The notes: generated by a model not told the origin, from the sequence alone. A stretch of DNA of 64,000 nt from an uncultured Desulfospira sp. (GCA_963663165.1 OY760175.1:1632001-1696000), one strand, 5' to 3'; positions 19,786 through 29,512 are shown, counted from the first letter of the stretch. Made by a program: numbers and translations.

Positions 19786-19813
19786 TGTCAATCTAAATGT
19801 TAGGGATCTCTAA
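19786..19813 (-). promoter_or_regulatory. -35 TTGACA with upstream palindrome TTAG-GGATCT-CTAA (19800-19813)
   Basis: Read directly upstream of the AAA gene. Confidence 0.65.
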
Positions 19814-19888
19814 CGTAAAATTTTCCTGTATCGGATATGGTTCCCTTGGTTTAAATTGTTTTCTTTGGATTTTGTGGATTCAGGAGTT

Positions 19889-19985
19889 TAATGTATAAAA
19901 TTGGGACTTGGGATATGGGACTTGGGACTTGGGGAGGCCGTGGATGCCGCAATCCCCAGGTCCCATATCCCAAGTCCCAAGTCCA
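19889..19985. repeat. 97-bp GGGACTT/AAGTCCC heptamer palindromic repeat, copy 1
   Basis: Near-identical inverted copy at 34868-34964. Confidence 0.9.
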
Positions 19986-20023
19986 TTTTTTTGGAGATTT
20001 AATTGAATGAATTCCCCCGGCCC

Positions 20024-20179
20024 AAAAGCAGAGAGGCAGCGTCCGCCAACCGGATGCTGCCTCTCTTAAGGCAAAATAAAGTAACATTAAGGAGGTTTTG
20101 CTTAAGCCGCTGTGACCTCAAAGGTGGAATGGCTTTTGAAGTCATCATGGGGTGAGGATGAAAGCAATACCCTTATGGT
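20024..20179 (-). ncRNA. Candidate sRNA (~155 nt)
   Basis: TTGACA-17-TAGAGT promoter (20213-20185), internal hairpin, ACCUCCUUA motif, 16-bp terminal hairpin (20030-20066). Confidence 0.55.
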
Positions 20180-20231
20180 GAGTCACTCTATATTAAAAAA
20201 TACTGCGTGTCAAGGAAAAGTTTTATAAAAC

Positions 20232-20486
20232 TTATTTTTTTATTTCCGTCTCATTTTCAAGTGCTTTCTGCTGCTTTTTGACTCTTTTTTCAGGCTGGTA
20301 CAAGAAGTGATGCCAGAGGGCGGCCCCGGCCAGCAGGGCACCGGCACCGGTGTGGATGTTTTTTAAAGTCCTGGAACGGTTCCCCTTTAAAAACGGAGCC
20401 GTGATGACGGCCACCCCGAGGGAGGCGGTCATGGCAATTTTGGCAATTTCTTTTTTAGTCTCGAGATCGAGCGGCTTTTCTGGCAT
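20232..20486 (-). CDS. Small two-TM membrane protein
   Basis: MPEKPLD...AKIAMTASL...IHTGAG...WHH; His residues in the TM segments. Confidence 0.75.
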   Translation of the reverse strand: MPEKPLDLETKKEIAKIAMTASLGVAVITAPFLKGNRSRTLKNIHTGAGALLAGAALWHHFLYQPEKRVKKQQKALENETEIKK

Positions 20487-20598
20487 TTCTTCGTTTTTTT
20501 CTCTGGATGGTTTTTTTAGTGCCTTTCCCGGTTTCAACAGCAAGGGCACAGGTCAGTACGGTTGCAACCCCACAGACGATAGGAATAAATGGTGCCAT
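20455..20598 (-). CDS. 47-aa hydrophobic/basic peptide (not in ORF track)
   Basis: GGAGG RBS; MAPFIPIVCGVATVLTCALAVETGKGTKKTIQRKKRRNARKAARSRD. Confidence 0.65.
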   Translation of the reverse strand: MAPFIPIVCGVATVLTCALAVETGKGTKKTIQRKKRRNARKAARSRD

Positions 20599-20668
20599 AT
20601 TTCCTCCCAAAATGCAATATCAAGTTCTTCGCCCGAAAAACCCCGGGTCGGATTATTTATTCCCGGCT

Positions 20669-20697
20669 ATATTAGTTTTAACTAAATTAATAGTCAA
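20669..20697 (-). promoter_or_regulatory. Promoter TTGACT-17-TAATAT overlapped by TTAG-TTTTAA-CTAA (20672-20685)
   Basis: Read directly from the sequence. Confidence 0.7.
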
Positions 20698-20864
20698 CTC
20701 TTTATTTTATATAATTTAATTTTATTTATATCATATATATAACTTTTTTAAATATTAACAACAATTCAGGGATACTGAAAGAATAATAAATATGACAGAA
20801 TTGATATATCCACCATACCCTAAAGGGCAGAAACCGGGACGGCTTGGGTTATCCAACCAAGCAC

Positions 20865-20941
20865 CGCCCACAACAAAGCTGTTGTGACAATTCCAGATCT
20901 TTCCGCAACGCATCAGATGGGTGGCTTTCCGTCCAAACACC
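20865..20941. repeat. Degenerate right half of the 33490-33614 element
   Basis: gcaacgcatcagatgggtggctttccgtccaaacac matches gcaacgcagcagatggatggcttttcgttcaaacac. Confidence 0.7.
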
Positions 20942-20945
20942 GCAT

Positions 20946-20990
20946 AAAAAAGCAGACCCGCCATGGATCAAAGTCCATGGCGGGTCTGCT
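20946..20990 (-). terminator. Rho-independent terminator of feoAB
   Basis: Perfect stem gcagacccgccatgga / tccatggcgggtctgc followed by U6 on the minus strand. Confidence 0.9.
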
Positions 20991-21019
20991 GCCGGTCAAT
21001 ATTGTTTTTGGCGGTTGGG

Positions 21020-23551
21020 TTACCGGGTACTTAACTCCGGCATTCCTTCGGAAGGCTCAATGGCCTGGGGCCTGGGTTTAAAGAGCCCCACCACAATGGT
21101 AAGAATCACCACAAAGCAGTAGAATGCGGCCATCATCTGAATTCCGGTAAGCCCCAAAAGGTTTCCGCCGGTAAAAATGACGGATGCCGTGATAAAGCCC
21201 AGAAGCGTGGGAAATATAACAGAAAAGAGCATCCACTTGTATGATCCGGTCTGGACCTTAATCATGATGGTGGTGGCCAGACACGGCGGGTACATGGCAA
21301 AAAAGATCATGATGGCCAGGGCATGGAGGGGAGAAAAATCCGTTTCCCCGGCTTCGGCCCCCATCCGCTCTTCAAGGCTCTTATTTTCATCAGCCCCCTG
21401 CTGGTACAGCACACCAATGGTGGCGACACTGGACTCCCGGGCGGCAAAAGACGACAGGATGGCCACGTTGACTTTCCAGGAGAACCCGGCCCACTGGGTC
21501 AAGGGCTCCAGAGACCGTCCGATCTTCCCCATAAAGCTGGTCCGGATCTGTTCTTCCTTGATCTCCCGGCGCAGGGATTTTCGGGTGGATACCACATCTC
21601 TTAATGCCTTGTTGACTTTTTTGGCGTCCTTGTCCCCTTTGGGCTTTAAAAATTTAAAAAGATCCGGGTAGTTTTTCTCAAACCTTTCATCCAGGGCTTT
21701 TGCGGCATCTGCACCCGAAGCGGTCAGCCGGGCGGTTTTAAAGTCGTCATAGGCATTGATCAGGGATAGAAGCGTTGTGTCATCACCACTGAACTGACCG
21801 GCATAGGCAGTGGATTGAATTTTTTTGTGGAAACCGGTCACGGCCTGGTCCATTTGGGTCTGAAAATCAGCTTCCCGGTCATCGGTGAGGCCTGGAAACT
21901 GCAAAAGCGTAAACACACAGACCGAAACGGCCACCACAATAGAGCCGACCTTTTTGATATACTGCCAGGTCCGCTCAATGGCCCGCTGCCCCACCCCGAA
22001 AATGGTGGGGGGATGGTATTTGGGCAGTTCCATGACAAAGGGCGCGGTTTCCATGGTTTTAAGGACAGTGGATGTAAGCAGCCGTGCCACCAGAAGGGCC
22101 ACAAAAATGGTAAAGGTGGACAAAAAGAGCATAACCCAGGATTTATAGGGCACAAAAAACACATTGATGAGCAGGGTATAAAAGGGAATCTTGGCCAGGC
22201 AGTTCATATAGGGAACCGTTAAAATGGTAGCCATCCGGGAGCGTTCATCGGGAATCCCCTTGGTGGACATGACCCCGGGCACCGCACACCCGCCGGCAAA
22301 TACCCCGCCCAGAATATACGGCAGGGTGGACTGGCCATGCAGTCCGAATGAGTGGAACAGCCGGTCCAGGACAAAGGCGATCCGGGCCATGTACCCCGAG
22401 TCTTCCAAGATAGCAATCAAAGAAAATAAAATTAAAAAGATGGGAATATAGTTGAGCAGGGCATTGGCCGAGTCAACCATCCAAAGGCCCATGGACCGGA
22501 TATAAGGATCGTGGAGCATGCCGGCATCGGGCAGGACCCCGGCGATGATTTCCCTTATTTTGGCCAGTACCGGCCACCAGTACTGGGTTAATTCATACCC
22601 TTTGACAATGGAGAGCTGGTAGATAATAAACACCGAGGCCACCAGGAAAACCGGGGCGGCAAACCGGTTTAAAACCACCTTGTCGATCATCTCGGTGATC
22701 CTGTCCTTGCCGTCATGTTCTTCGGTGACGCAGGATTCGATGATGGAGGTGGCCAGACGGTCCCGGCACCCCACCATGTAATCGGCCACGTTCATGTAGT
22801 GGTCCTGTTCAAACTGTTCCCGGATCTCTTTGGCCGACTTGAGGATTTCATGGTCTTGACCGAATCTCTCACCAACAACCTTCCAGGCTTCGGAATCGCC
22901 TTCAATGAGCTTAACGGCCAGCCACCGGCCCGGATAGGTTTTGACAAGGTCGGTGGCGTCGATGATTCCCTGGAGGGCCGCGACCTTGGGCTCCAGGTCT
23001 TCGTAAGCGATATGGAGGGTGTTGTGTTCCCGGCGCCGGGAGGTTTCCAGAATAGCATCCCGAAGTTCGTTTTTACCTTTTCGTTTACGGCCCACCGTGG
23101 GAATCACATTGACGCCCAGGCGGTGTTCAAGCTTTTCCACATCAATGCGGGTCCCGTTTCGCTTGGCCACATCCATCATATTAAGGGCCACGACCACGGG
23201 AAAACCCATTTCCATGACCTGAAAGGTAAAATAAAGGCTTCTTTTCAAGGAGGAGGCATCCACCACATTGGCGATGACATCGGGTTTTTCCAGAATTAAA
23301 AAATCCCGGGCCACCCGTTCTTCAAGGGAAAAAGAGGTCAGGCTGTAGGTTCCGGGAAGGTCCACGACCTCCACCCGGACATCCTTGTACCGGTAGACCC
23401 CGGACTTTTTGTCCACCGTGACCCCGGGATAGTTGGCAATGTGCTGGTTGGCACCGGTAAGCATGTTAAAGGTGGTGGATTTACCAGCGTTCTGCTGGCC
23501 GGCCAGGCCGATGAGCAGACGGGTTCTTTCAGATTCAGATGATTCTGTCAT
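21020..23551 (-). CDS. feoB: Ferrous iron transporter B
   Basis: GQQNAGKS, NYPGVTV, DLPGTYSL, NMMD, LEDSGYMAR, Gate cysteines. Confidence 0.97.
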   Translation of the reverse strand: MTESSESERTRLLIGLAGQQNAGKSTTFNMLTGANQHIANYPGVTVDKKSGVYRYKDVRVEVVDLPGTYSLTSFSLEERVARDFLILEKPDVIANVVDASSLKRSLYFTFQVMEMGFPVVVALNMMDVAKRNGTRIDVEKLEHRLGVNVIPTVGRKRKGKNELRDAILETSRRREHNTLHIAYEDLEPKVAALQGIIDATDLVKTYPGRWLAVKLIEGDSEAWKVVGERFGQDHEILKSAKEIREQFEQDHYMNVADYMVGCRDRLATSIIESCVTEEHDGKDRITEMIDKVVLNRFAAPVFLVASVFIIYQLSIVKGYELTQYWWPVLAKIREIIAGVLPDAGMLHDPYIRSMGLWMVDSANALLNYIPIFLILFSLIAILEDSGYMARIAFVLDRLFHSFGLHGQSTLPYILGGVFAGGCAVPGVMSTKGIPDERSRMATILTVPYMNCLAKIPFYTLLINVFFVPYKSWVMLFLSTFTIFVALLVARLLTSTVLKTMETAPFVMELPKYHPPTIFGVGQRAIERTWQYIKKVGSIVVAVSVCVFTLLQFPGLTDDREADFQTQMDQAVTGFHKKIQSTAYAGQFSGDDTTLLSLINAYDDFKTARLTASGADAAKALDERFEKNYPDLFKFLKPKGDKDAKKVNKALRDVVSTRKSLRREIKEEQIRTSFMGKIGRSLEPLTQWAGFSWKVNVAILSSFAARESSVATIGVLYQQGADENKSLEERMGAEAGETDFSPLHALAIMIFFAMYPPCLATTIMIKVQTGSYKWMLFSVIFPTLLGFITASVIFTGGNLLGLTGIQMMAAFYCFVVILTIVVGLFKPRPQAIEPSEGMPELSTR

Positions 23552-23608
23552 AATGATTTAAAGACCTTCCTGGAAGGGTTACACTTCACTCTTTCTTACG
23601 GCAGGGGA

Positions 23609-23902
23609 TTAATCGTCCTGATCTACTTCAATGAGAGCGGCTTCAGAACCTCTTAAAGCCACTTTGTAATTGGCCACCCGGCATTCGATTGGATCGCCTA
23701 AGGGGGCCCTTCGAATAACGTCCACTTCGGTATTTGGAACAAAGCCAAGATCAAGCAGTCGCTGGCGAATCGCCCCGTTGGCATGATGGCAGTGGATTCT
23801 GGCACGGCAACCGGGTTTTATCTGGTTCAGCATACAACAATTACCCCTGTGGCGTTTTCTTTGTCTGGTCATTTCTACCTCTGTAAATATATGTTGTTCC
23901 AT
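23609..23902 (-). CDS. feoA: Ferrous iron transport protein A
   Basis: RLLDLGF..APLGDPI..ALR..EA; start may be at 23872. Confidence 0.95.
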   Translation of the reverse strand: MEQHIFTEVEMTRQRKRHRGNCCMLNQIKPGCRARIHCHHANGAIRQRLLDLGFVPNTEVDVIRRAPLGDPIECRVANYKVALRGSEAALIEVDQDD

Positions 23903-23995
23903 AAGTTATGTTTTTTACGCCAATCAAAACGAAGAGTCAATCCCTTTTTACACACATATTACTATCTTCGCCAAAAAAATATATTTTAGTAAGAA

Positions 23996-26212
23996 CTAAC
24001 TCAATGCCTCAAGACGGCTTCCCATGCTATGTTCCATGAACTGCTCGGCCTCATCTCCGGACAAAGGCTTTGAAAAATAATACCCTTGTGCAAACCCGCA
24101 TTCCAGCCGGGACAACGCTGTCAGCTGATCCAAAGTTTCTACGCCTTCAGCAACACTGCTCAAGCCCAGGCTCTTTCCTAGCAGAAGGATGGATTTAACA
24201 ATTTCAAAGCTTTCTTCATTTTCGGTCAAAGAGCCGATAAAGGAACGGTCGATCTTGATCTGGTCAATGGGAAAGCGCTGAAGGTAGGACAAGGAAGAAT
24301 AACCGGTCCCAAAGTCATCAATGGCCAGGATAAACCCGGCTTCCTTCAAGGCATTGAGCTTTTCAACAGCCCATTCCCGGTGCTCCATGAGCAGGGTTTC
24401 GGTAAATTCCAGCTTGATGTCCCAGGGGTTAAGGCCATTCCGGTTAACCGCCGCCATGATCTTTTCAGAAAAATCCGCCTCAATGAACTGCTTGACGGAA
24501 ATATTGATGTTCATGGTCAGGTCAAGGGCAAACCGGTCCTTCCAAAGCGCCATCACGGTACAGGCCTGTTCGGTGATCCACTGCCCCATGGGGATGATCA
24601 GGCCCGTATCTTCGGCAATGGGAATAAACTTATCGGGCAGCACCAGCCCCTGAGTGGGGTGAGCCCACCGGACCAGGGCTTCAAACCCTTTAATATGCTG
24701 GTCTCTGGTACAGACAATGGGCTGAAAAAACAGCACCAGTTCCTCTTTTTCAATGGCCTTTCTCAACTCCTGCTCAATGGTGACCGTGGCCATCAGCCGC
24801 TCATGCATTCCCGGTGAAAAAAACTTAAACTGGGCCTTGCCCGAATCCTTTGCATGGTACATGGCAAGGTCCGCATCCCGGATCAGCTGGCCGGCATCTT
24901 CATAAGGGCGGGTGTCCATGACAATACCGATGGAGGCTGAAATATGAATGTCCCGGTTCTGGATGGGAAAGGGGGCCTCCACCGCATCCCTGATCCGTGA
25001 GGCAATCCGTGTAACCGTTTCCCGGTCATGGGTTTGGGGCAGCAGAACGGCAAACTCATCTCCCCCCAGCCGGGCCAGGGTGTCGTTGGTTCTAAGACAG
25101 TCCCGGATCCTTGCGGATACGGCCTTGAGCAGCTCATCCCCGGCCGGATGCCCCATGGTGTCATTAACGCCTTTAAACCGGTCCAGGTCTATGAGCATCA
25201 CACTGAAATAATCATCCGGGGTGGTCCCCTGCTTTGAAAGCGCATAATTCAGGCGCTCACTGAACAACAGCCGGTTGGGGATTCCGGTCAAGGCATCATG
25301 GTAGGCCTGATGCTTGAGCTGCTCTTCAAACATTTTGCGCTGGGAAATATTTTCATAAAAGACAAACACCCCCTGGACCCGCCCGTTCACCTTGACCGGG
25401 TAAGCCAGGGAACTGACCGGAATCTGAAATCCCCGCCGGTGAACGCACCGGGATTCCATGGACACGGTCTGTCCGGCCAGGGCCCGCTGGATTAAATCGT
25501 TCTGGGCTTTTTTTCTTTCCTCGCTGATAAAAAAATCCGGCCTTTCCCGGTCCATAATTTCCCGTCCCGAATACCCCAGAAGCTTTGATGCGCTGTCGTT
25601 GACATTGATGATCCGGCCATGGGTTCCCACCAGCACAATGGCATGGGGCGAATTCATGAACAGCTCCCTGAAATAAGCCTGATGCTTGTGGGCGGCGGCC
25701 TGGCGGTCCTTCAAGTCTCCGGTCATCCGGGTGACCTTGTCCTTTTCTTCCTGGAGCTGGACAATGGAATGGTTGATCCGGCAGTCCTTTTCTTCCACCA
25801 TCCGGGACAGGCGGTCCCGGTGGTGTTTGAGTTCCAAATGGGACCTGATCCGTGCCAGGGTGACTGCCGGGGTGACGGGTTTGCGGATATAGTCCACGGC
25901 CCCGACCTCAAACCCGTAAGCTTCGTCTGAATCATCGACCTTGGCCGTGACAAAGATAATGGGGATGCTTTGGGTTTTATGGTGGGATTTGAGGTGCCGG
26001 GCCACTTCATATCCGTCCATTTCCGGCATCATGATGTCCAGCAGAATCAGGGCCGGGGGTCGGTCGGATTTGGAAATCTCAAGGGCCGCCATGCCGTTGA
26101 CCGCCACGCTGACGGCATAATACTCCGACAGCATGGCCCCTAACACCTCAATATTGGCCGGGGTATCGTCCACAATCAGTATCCGGTCTCTTTCAGTGCC
26201 GCAAGTTGTCAT
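23996..26212 (-). CDS. REC-PAS-GGDEF-EAL response regulator
   Basis: IVDD, LDIMMP, GGDEF, EAL, DDFGTGYSS. Confidence 0.95.
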   Translation of the reverse strand: MTTCGTERDRILIVDDTPANIEVLGAMLSEYYAVSVAVNGMAALEISKSDRPPALILLDIMMPEMDGYEVARHLKSHHKTQSIPIIFVTAKVDDSDEAYGFEVGAVDYIRKPVTPAVTLARIRSHLELKHHRDRLSRMVEEKDCRINHSIVQLQEEKDKVTRMTGDLKDRQAAAHKHQAYFRELFMNSPHAIVLVGTHGRIINVNDSASKLLGYSGREIMDRERPDFFISEERKKAQNDLIQRALAGQTVSMESRCVHRRGFQIPVSSLAYPVKVNGRVQGVFVFYENISQRKMFEEQLKHQAYHDALTGIPNRLLFSERLNYALSKQGTTPDDYFSVMLIDLDRFKGVNDTMGHPAGDELLKAVSARIRDCLRTNDTLARLGGDEFAVLLPQTHDRETVTRIASRIRDAVEAPFPIQNRDIHISASIGIVMDTRPYEDAGQLIRDADLAMYHAKDSGKAQFKFFSPGMHERLMATVTIEQELRKAIEKEELVLFFQPIVCTRDQHIKGFEALVRWAHPTQGLVLPDKFIPIAEDTGLIIPMGQWITEQACTVMALWKDRFALDLTMNINISVKQFIEADFSEKIMAAVNRNGLNPWDIKLEFTETLLMEHREWAVEKLNALKEAGFILAIDDFGTGYSSLSYLQRFPIDQIKIDRSFIGSLTENEESFEIVKSILLLGKSLGLSSVAEGVETLDQLTALSRLECGFAQGYYFSKPLSGDEAEQFMEHSMGSRLEALS

Positions 26213-28902
26213 AAACCTTCCTTAATTTCCAAGGCCGCCACCCCGGCCTGAAACTGTTCATAAACCTGTCTGGCCTGGCCAAAATCAAACCGCTTGAGTC
26301 TGGATTCAATGGCCTGGGCCTGGCCGGACAATGGGGTGGCTGAAAATTTTACAGCCAGAAGCCTGGAATACTTTTTGGCATCCAGGCTGTTTTCATCAAT
26401 AAGCCGGCCCATTTCCCGGACCATGTCCAGGGTTTCCCGGTCCGGCAAAAAGGCCTGGGATGGGGCCTGCCCGGCCCGGTCCGATGCCGGTGCCGGTTTT
26501 TTCCCTTCCCGGTCTTTGGTAATCCGGCCGGCGGTCCGGACAATGGTCTCAAATGCGGTTTGGGCCCGGTCAAGAAGCTTATCCAGGGTGCCGTCATCCA
26601 GGGAACCATTGACCCTGTCAAGGCCGTATTCGAGTTGTTCTAGGTTTTCGGCCAGTTCATCGGCAGACAGGTTCCGGCTGACCCCTTTGAGCTTATGGAC
26701 CAGGGCCCTGGCCTCCTGGTGCCGCCCCGATAGCAGAGAATGACGAATTTTTCCAAAATTATCCCGGTTTTCTGCCACAAACTCAATCACCAGTTCATAC
26801 AGCAGGTCCATTTCCTGGTTGAGCCGGTGGGCAGCGGTTTTGACATTGATCCCGGGAAGGGCGGGCAAAGCGGCCTGTTGGCCGGGGGCCTCCCTGTCCG
26901 GCAGAGACCTTGGGGCTATCGGGCCTGCCCCCGCCACGGTAACCAGGGATAACAGGGCTTCAAACAGGCGGCCGGCCTCCACGGGTTTGGTGATATATTC
27001 GTCCATGCCCGCCTGAACCCCTTTTTGCCGGTCGTGCGCCATGGCATTGGCGGTCATGGCAATAATGGGCAGATCCTTTGCCTTGGGCAGGGCCCGGATC
27101 TGACGGGTGGCCTCATACCCGTCCATTCCCGGCATCTGGATATCCATGAGCACGGCATGGAACAACTGGCCGGATACCAGTTCAACCGCCTGGGTTCCTG
27201 AATCGGCAATGACCGGGTCAATGCCCCGGGTCCTTAAAATCTGGGCCGCCACCTTCTGGTTGACCTTGTTGTCTTCCACCAGCAAAATCCTAGCACCGGC
27301 CAGGGGGAAGGGATCGGCTTCGCCAGGGGTTAGCCCCGTATCCCGTGGATTTTCCAGGACCTCGGCAATGGCGTCATACAGCTGGGACTGCTTGACCGGT
27401 TTGGGGACCAGGGCTTTTGCCCAGGACGGTGCCCTGCCCTGCCGGCCGAACCGGCCTAATGCCACCACGGGAAAGGGCATGGGGTCAAACCAGGCCGTAT
27501 CCAGAAAGCCCGGACCTGCCGGATCCGGCAGATCCGCATCCAAAAGTGCCAGGGCAAAGGGGGTTTCCCCCTGCTCACCGGCCCTGCTCCAGGCGCTCAA
27601 GGCCTGGGAAAAGGTCCCGTGGGAAGAAACGTTGAGGCCAAAATCCGTTAAGAACCGTTCCATCACCTTTCTGGCATTTTCGTTGCCGGCCGCCAAAAGA
27701 ACCCGCCGGCCGCAAAGGGTCTCCGGAAGGACCAGACATGGAGACCCTGGTTCCACCACTTGAACGGTAAGGGAAAATGAAAAGGTTGAGCCCTTGCCTG
27801 TTTCACTTTCAACGGTTATATCCCCTCCCATGAGGTTGACGAGTTTACGTGAAATGGCAAGTCCCAGGCCGGTTCCGCCAAATTGCCGGGAAGTGGACCC
27901 GTCGGCCTGGGTAAAGGCGGAAAACAGCTTGTCCATGACCTCGGGCGCCATGCCCACTCCGGTATCCCGGACACTGAACTCCAGGACCGCTGTCTGATCA
28001 TCATGGCTCACCACCGCCGCCCGGACACAAATCTCCCCTTCCCGGGTGAATTTAACGGCATTGGATATGAGGTTGACCAGGACCTGGCGCAGCCTCATGG
28101 GATCACTTAAAATTTTGGCCGGAAGGGCCGGGTCAAGGTCCAGGATAAATTCCACATTTGAATCAGCGGCCTGGTGGCGGAACATGTCCGTGATCTCCTC
28201 GAACAGGGCCTTGAGATTCACGGCAATTTTTTCAATGTCCAGCCTTCCTGCATCCATCTTGGAAAAATCCAGGATATCGTTGAGGATGTTGAGCAACGCC
28301 TTGGATGACGAGTTGATAATGGTCAGCTGTTCTTTCTGGGAAGGGGTCAGATCCGCTTGAAGAACCAGATCGCTCATACCGATCACCGCGTTCATGGGGG
28401 TCCGGATTTCATGGCTCATGGTGGCCAGAAACTGGCTTTTGGCACGGGCTGAGGCATTGGCCTCGTCCCGTGCCTTGATCAGGGCCTGGTTGGTTTCTTC
28501 AAGGTCCCGGGTCCGCTGGGCCACCCGTTTTTCCAAATCCATTTCCCGGGCTTCAATCTGATGGACCATCCAGTTCATGTTCCGCTTCAGCCCGGCCATT
28601 TCATCTTCATCTTCCCTGAGGGCCGGCTCATTGCCAAGGTCAAAATAGGTATACACCCCTTTTTTAATGCCGTCACACATGCGGTCAATTTCACGCATCC
28701 GGTCTAAAAACAGCCAGTTCAACCCCATCATCAGGGGGGAACAGGCCACCACAAGGGTCATCAACGTGATGCACAGGATCAGGCCGGCCTGAAATCCCGA
28801 ATCCAGGAACAGGGGAGAATCCTTGACAAAAAATAAAATTATCCCCAGGGGGACCGCCATGTAAAGGGCAATGACCAACCTGAATTTTGATCTGATTTTC
28901 AT
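26209..28902 (-). CDS. Hybrid histidine kinase with REC and HPt domains
   Basis: SHEIRTP, G-boxes, MDIQMP, HKLKG; two TMs with a very short external loop. Confidence 0.95.
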   Translation of the reverse strand: MKIRSKFRLVIALYMAVPLGIILFFVKDSPLFLDSGFQAGLILCITLMTLVVACSPLMMGLNWLFLDRMREIDRMCDGIKKGVYTYFDLGNEPALREDEDEMAGLKRNMNWMVHQIEAREMDLEKRVAQRTRDLEETNQALIKARDEANASARAKSQFLATMSHEIRTPMNAVIGMSDLVLQADLTPSQKEQLTIINSSSKALLNILNDILDFSKMDAGRLDIEKIAVNLKALFEEITDMFRHQAADSNVEFILDLDPALPAKILSDPMRLRQVLVNLISNAVKFTREGEICVRAAVVSHDDQTAVLEFSVRDTGVGMAPEVMDKLFSAFTQADGSTSRQFGGTGLGLAISRKLVNLMGGDITVESETGKGSTFSFSLTVQVVEPGSPCLVLPETLCGRRVLLAAGNENARKVMERFLTDFGLNVSSHGTFSQALSAWSRAGEQGETPFALALLDADLPDPAGPGFLDTAWFDPMPFPVVALGRFGRQGRAPSWAKALVPKPVKQSQLYDAIAEVLENPRDTGLTPGEADPFPLAGARILLVEDNKVNQKVAAQILRTRGIDPVIADSGTQAVELVSGQLFHAVLMDIQMPGMDGYEATRQIRALPKAKDLPIIAMTANAMAHDRQKGVQAGMDEYITKPVEAGRLFEALLSLVTVAGAGPIAPRSLPDREAPGQQAALPALPGINVKTAAHRLNQEMDLLYELVIEFVAENRDNFGKIRHSLLSGRHQEARALVHKLKGVSRNLSADELAENLEQLEYGLDRVNGSLDDGTLDKLLDRAQTAFETIVRTAGRITKDREGKKPAPASDRAGQAPSQAFLPDRETLDMVREMGRLIDENSLDAKKYSRLLAVKFSATPLSGQAQAIESRLKRFDFGQARQVYEQFQAGVAALEIKEGL

Positions 28903-28923
28903 TGCAGCAACCCGCCCCTGGAC

Positions 28924-29304
28924 CTAAGACCGCTTAGACGAGGTCTGGCCGCAGGTACAACTCCGGCACTTGCCGGTGCATTCATGGGCCTCCAGGGTCA
29001 TGGAACACCCTTCCGGGGCCAGGTCCCCGGCACAGGGGCCTGAAAAATGCAGGCAGGCCCGGTGGCGGTTTTTAGGGAGCCTTGCTTCAAGGACGGCCTT
29101 GCCAAAGGGCAGGGTCCGGGTCACGGCGTTGGTGTCAATGAAGATATGCCGGATCGGATTTTTTTCTTGTTTCATGTCCGAATCCATTTGCCTTTCAATA
29201 CAGTTAACCAGTTCATGGGCTGAAGAGCCGTCAAACACACCTTGCAAATCCAAGTGAAGGCCGTTTTCCCGAAAAGAGGCTTTGATATTGAAGCTCATCC
29301 GCAT
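28924..29304 (-). CDS. STAS-like small protein with Cys-rich tail
   Basis: LHLDLQGVFDGSSA..IFIDT; C-terminal HECTGKCRSCTC. Confidence 0.65.
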   Translation of the reverse strand: MRMSFNIKASFRENGLHLDLQGVFDGSSAHELVNCIERQMDSDMKQEKNPIRHIFIDTNAVTRTLPFGKAVLEARLPKNRHRACLHFSGPCAGDLAPEGCSMTLEAHECTGKCRSCTCGQTSSKRS

Positions 29305-29512
29305 TCTTTTTTAAGTTTGGGTTGACTTATCTTTTTCGATAACTTAAATATCGAGATCCGGCTTGCTTGTCAAGCCAAAAATCGAAATCCATACCAAAAA
29401 TGGCTGATTCATTTCACTTAGAGTTTACATCGACCATAAAATAAGATATAGGCTTTAAAGTTATCTTAAGCTTATCAAAATATCCATGACATATAATAAA
29501 GAGGAGATACCC

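Noticed and set aside
19889..19985. CRISPR array
   Set aside because: 7-bp tandem units without unique spacers; no cas genes.
19851..20087. ORFs with WDLGYGTWG-like text (also 34760-35050, 43385-43579)
   Set aside because: Translations of the heptamer repeats.
20088..20115. Plus-strand peptide behind TAAGGAGGT
   Set aside because: No start codon at usable spacing; better read as a minus-strand anti-SD.
20860..20945. c-di-GMP-I riboswitch (GGACGGAAAGCC on the minus strand)
   Set aside because: No P1 GGCAAA..GAAA part; the sequence is explained as the end of the 33490 repeat family and lies downstream of a terminator.
5844..23902. Magnetosome island
   Set aside because: Gly/Ala-rich proteins and feoAB are suggestive, but no MamK actin, MamB/M CDF, MamE/O protease or MamQ homolog is recognisable.
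16875..29474. Further operator candidates at 12832, 16900, 29418 and 29461
   Set aside because: Two or more mismatches in AT-rich DNA; not distinguishable from chance.
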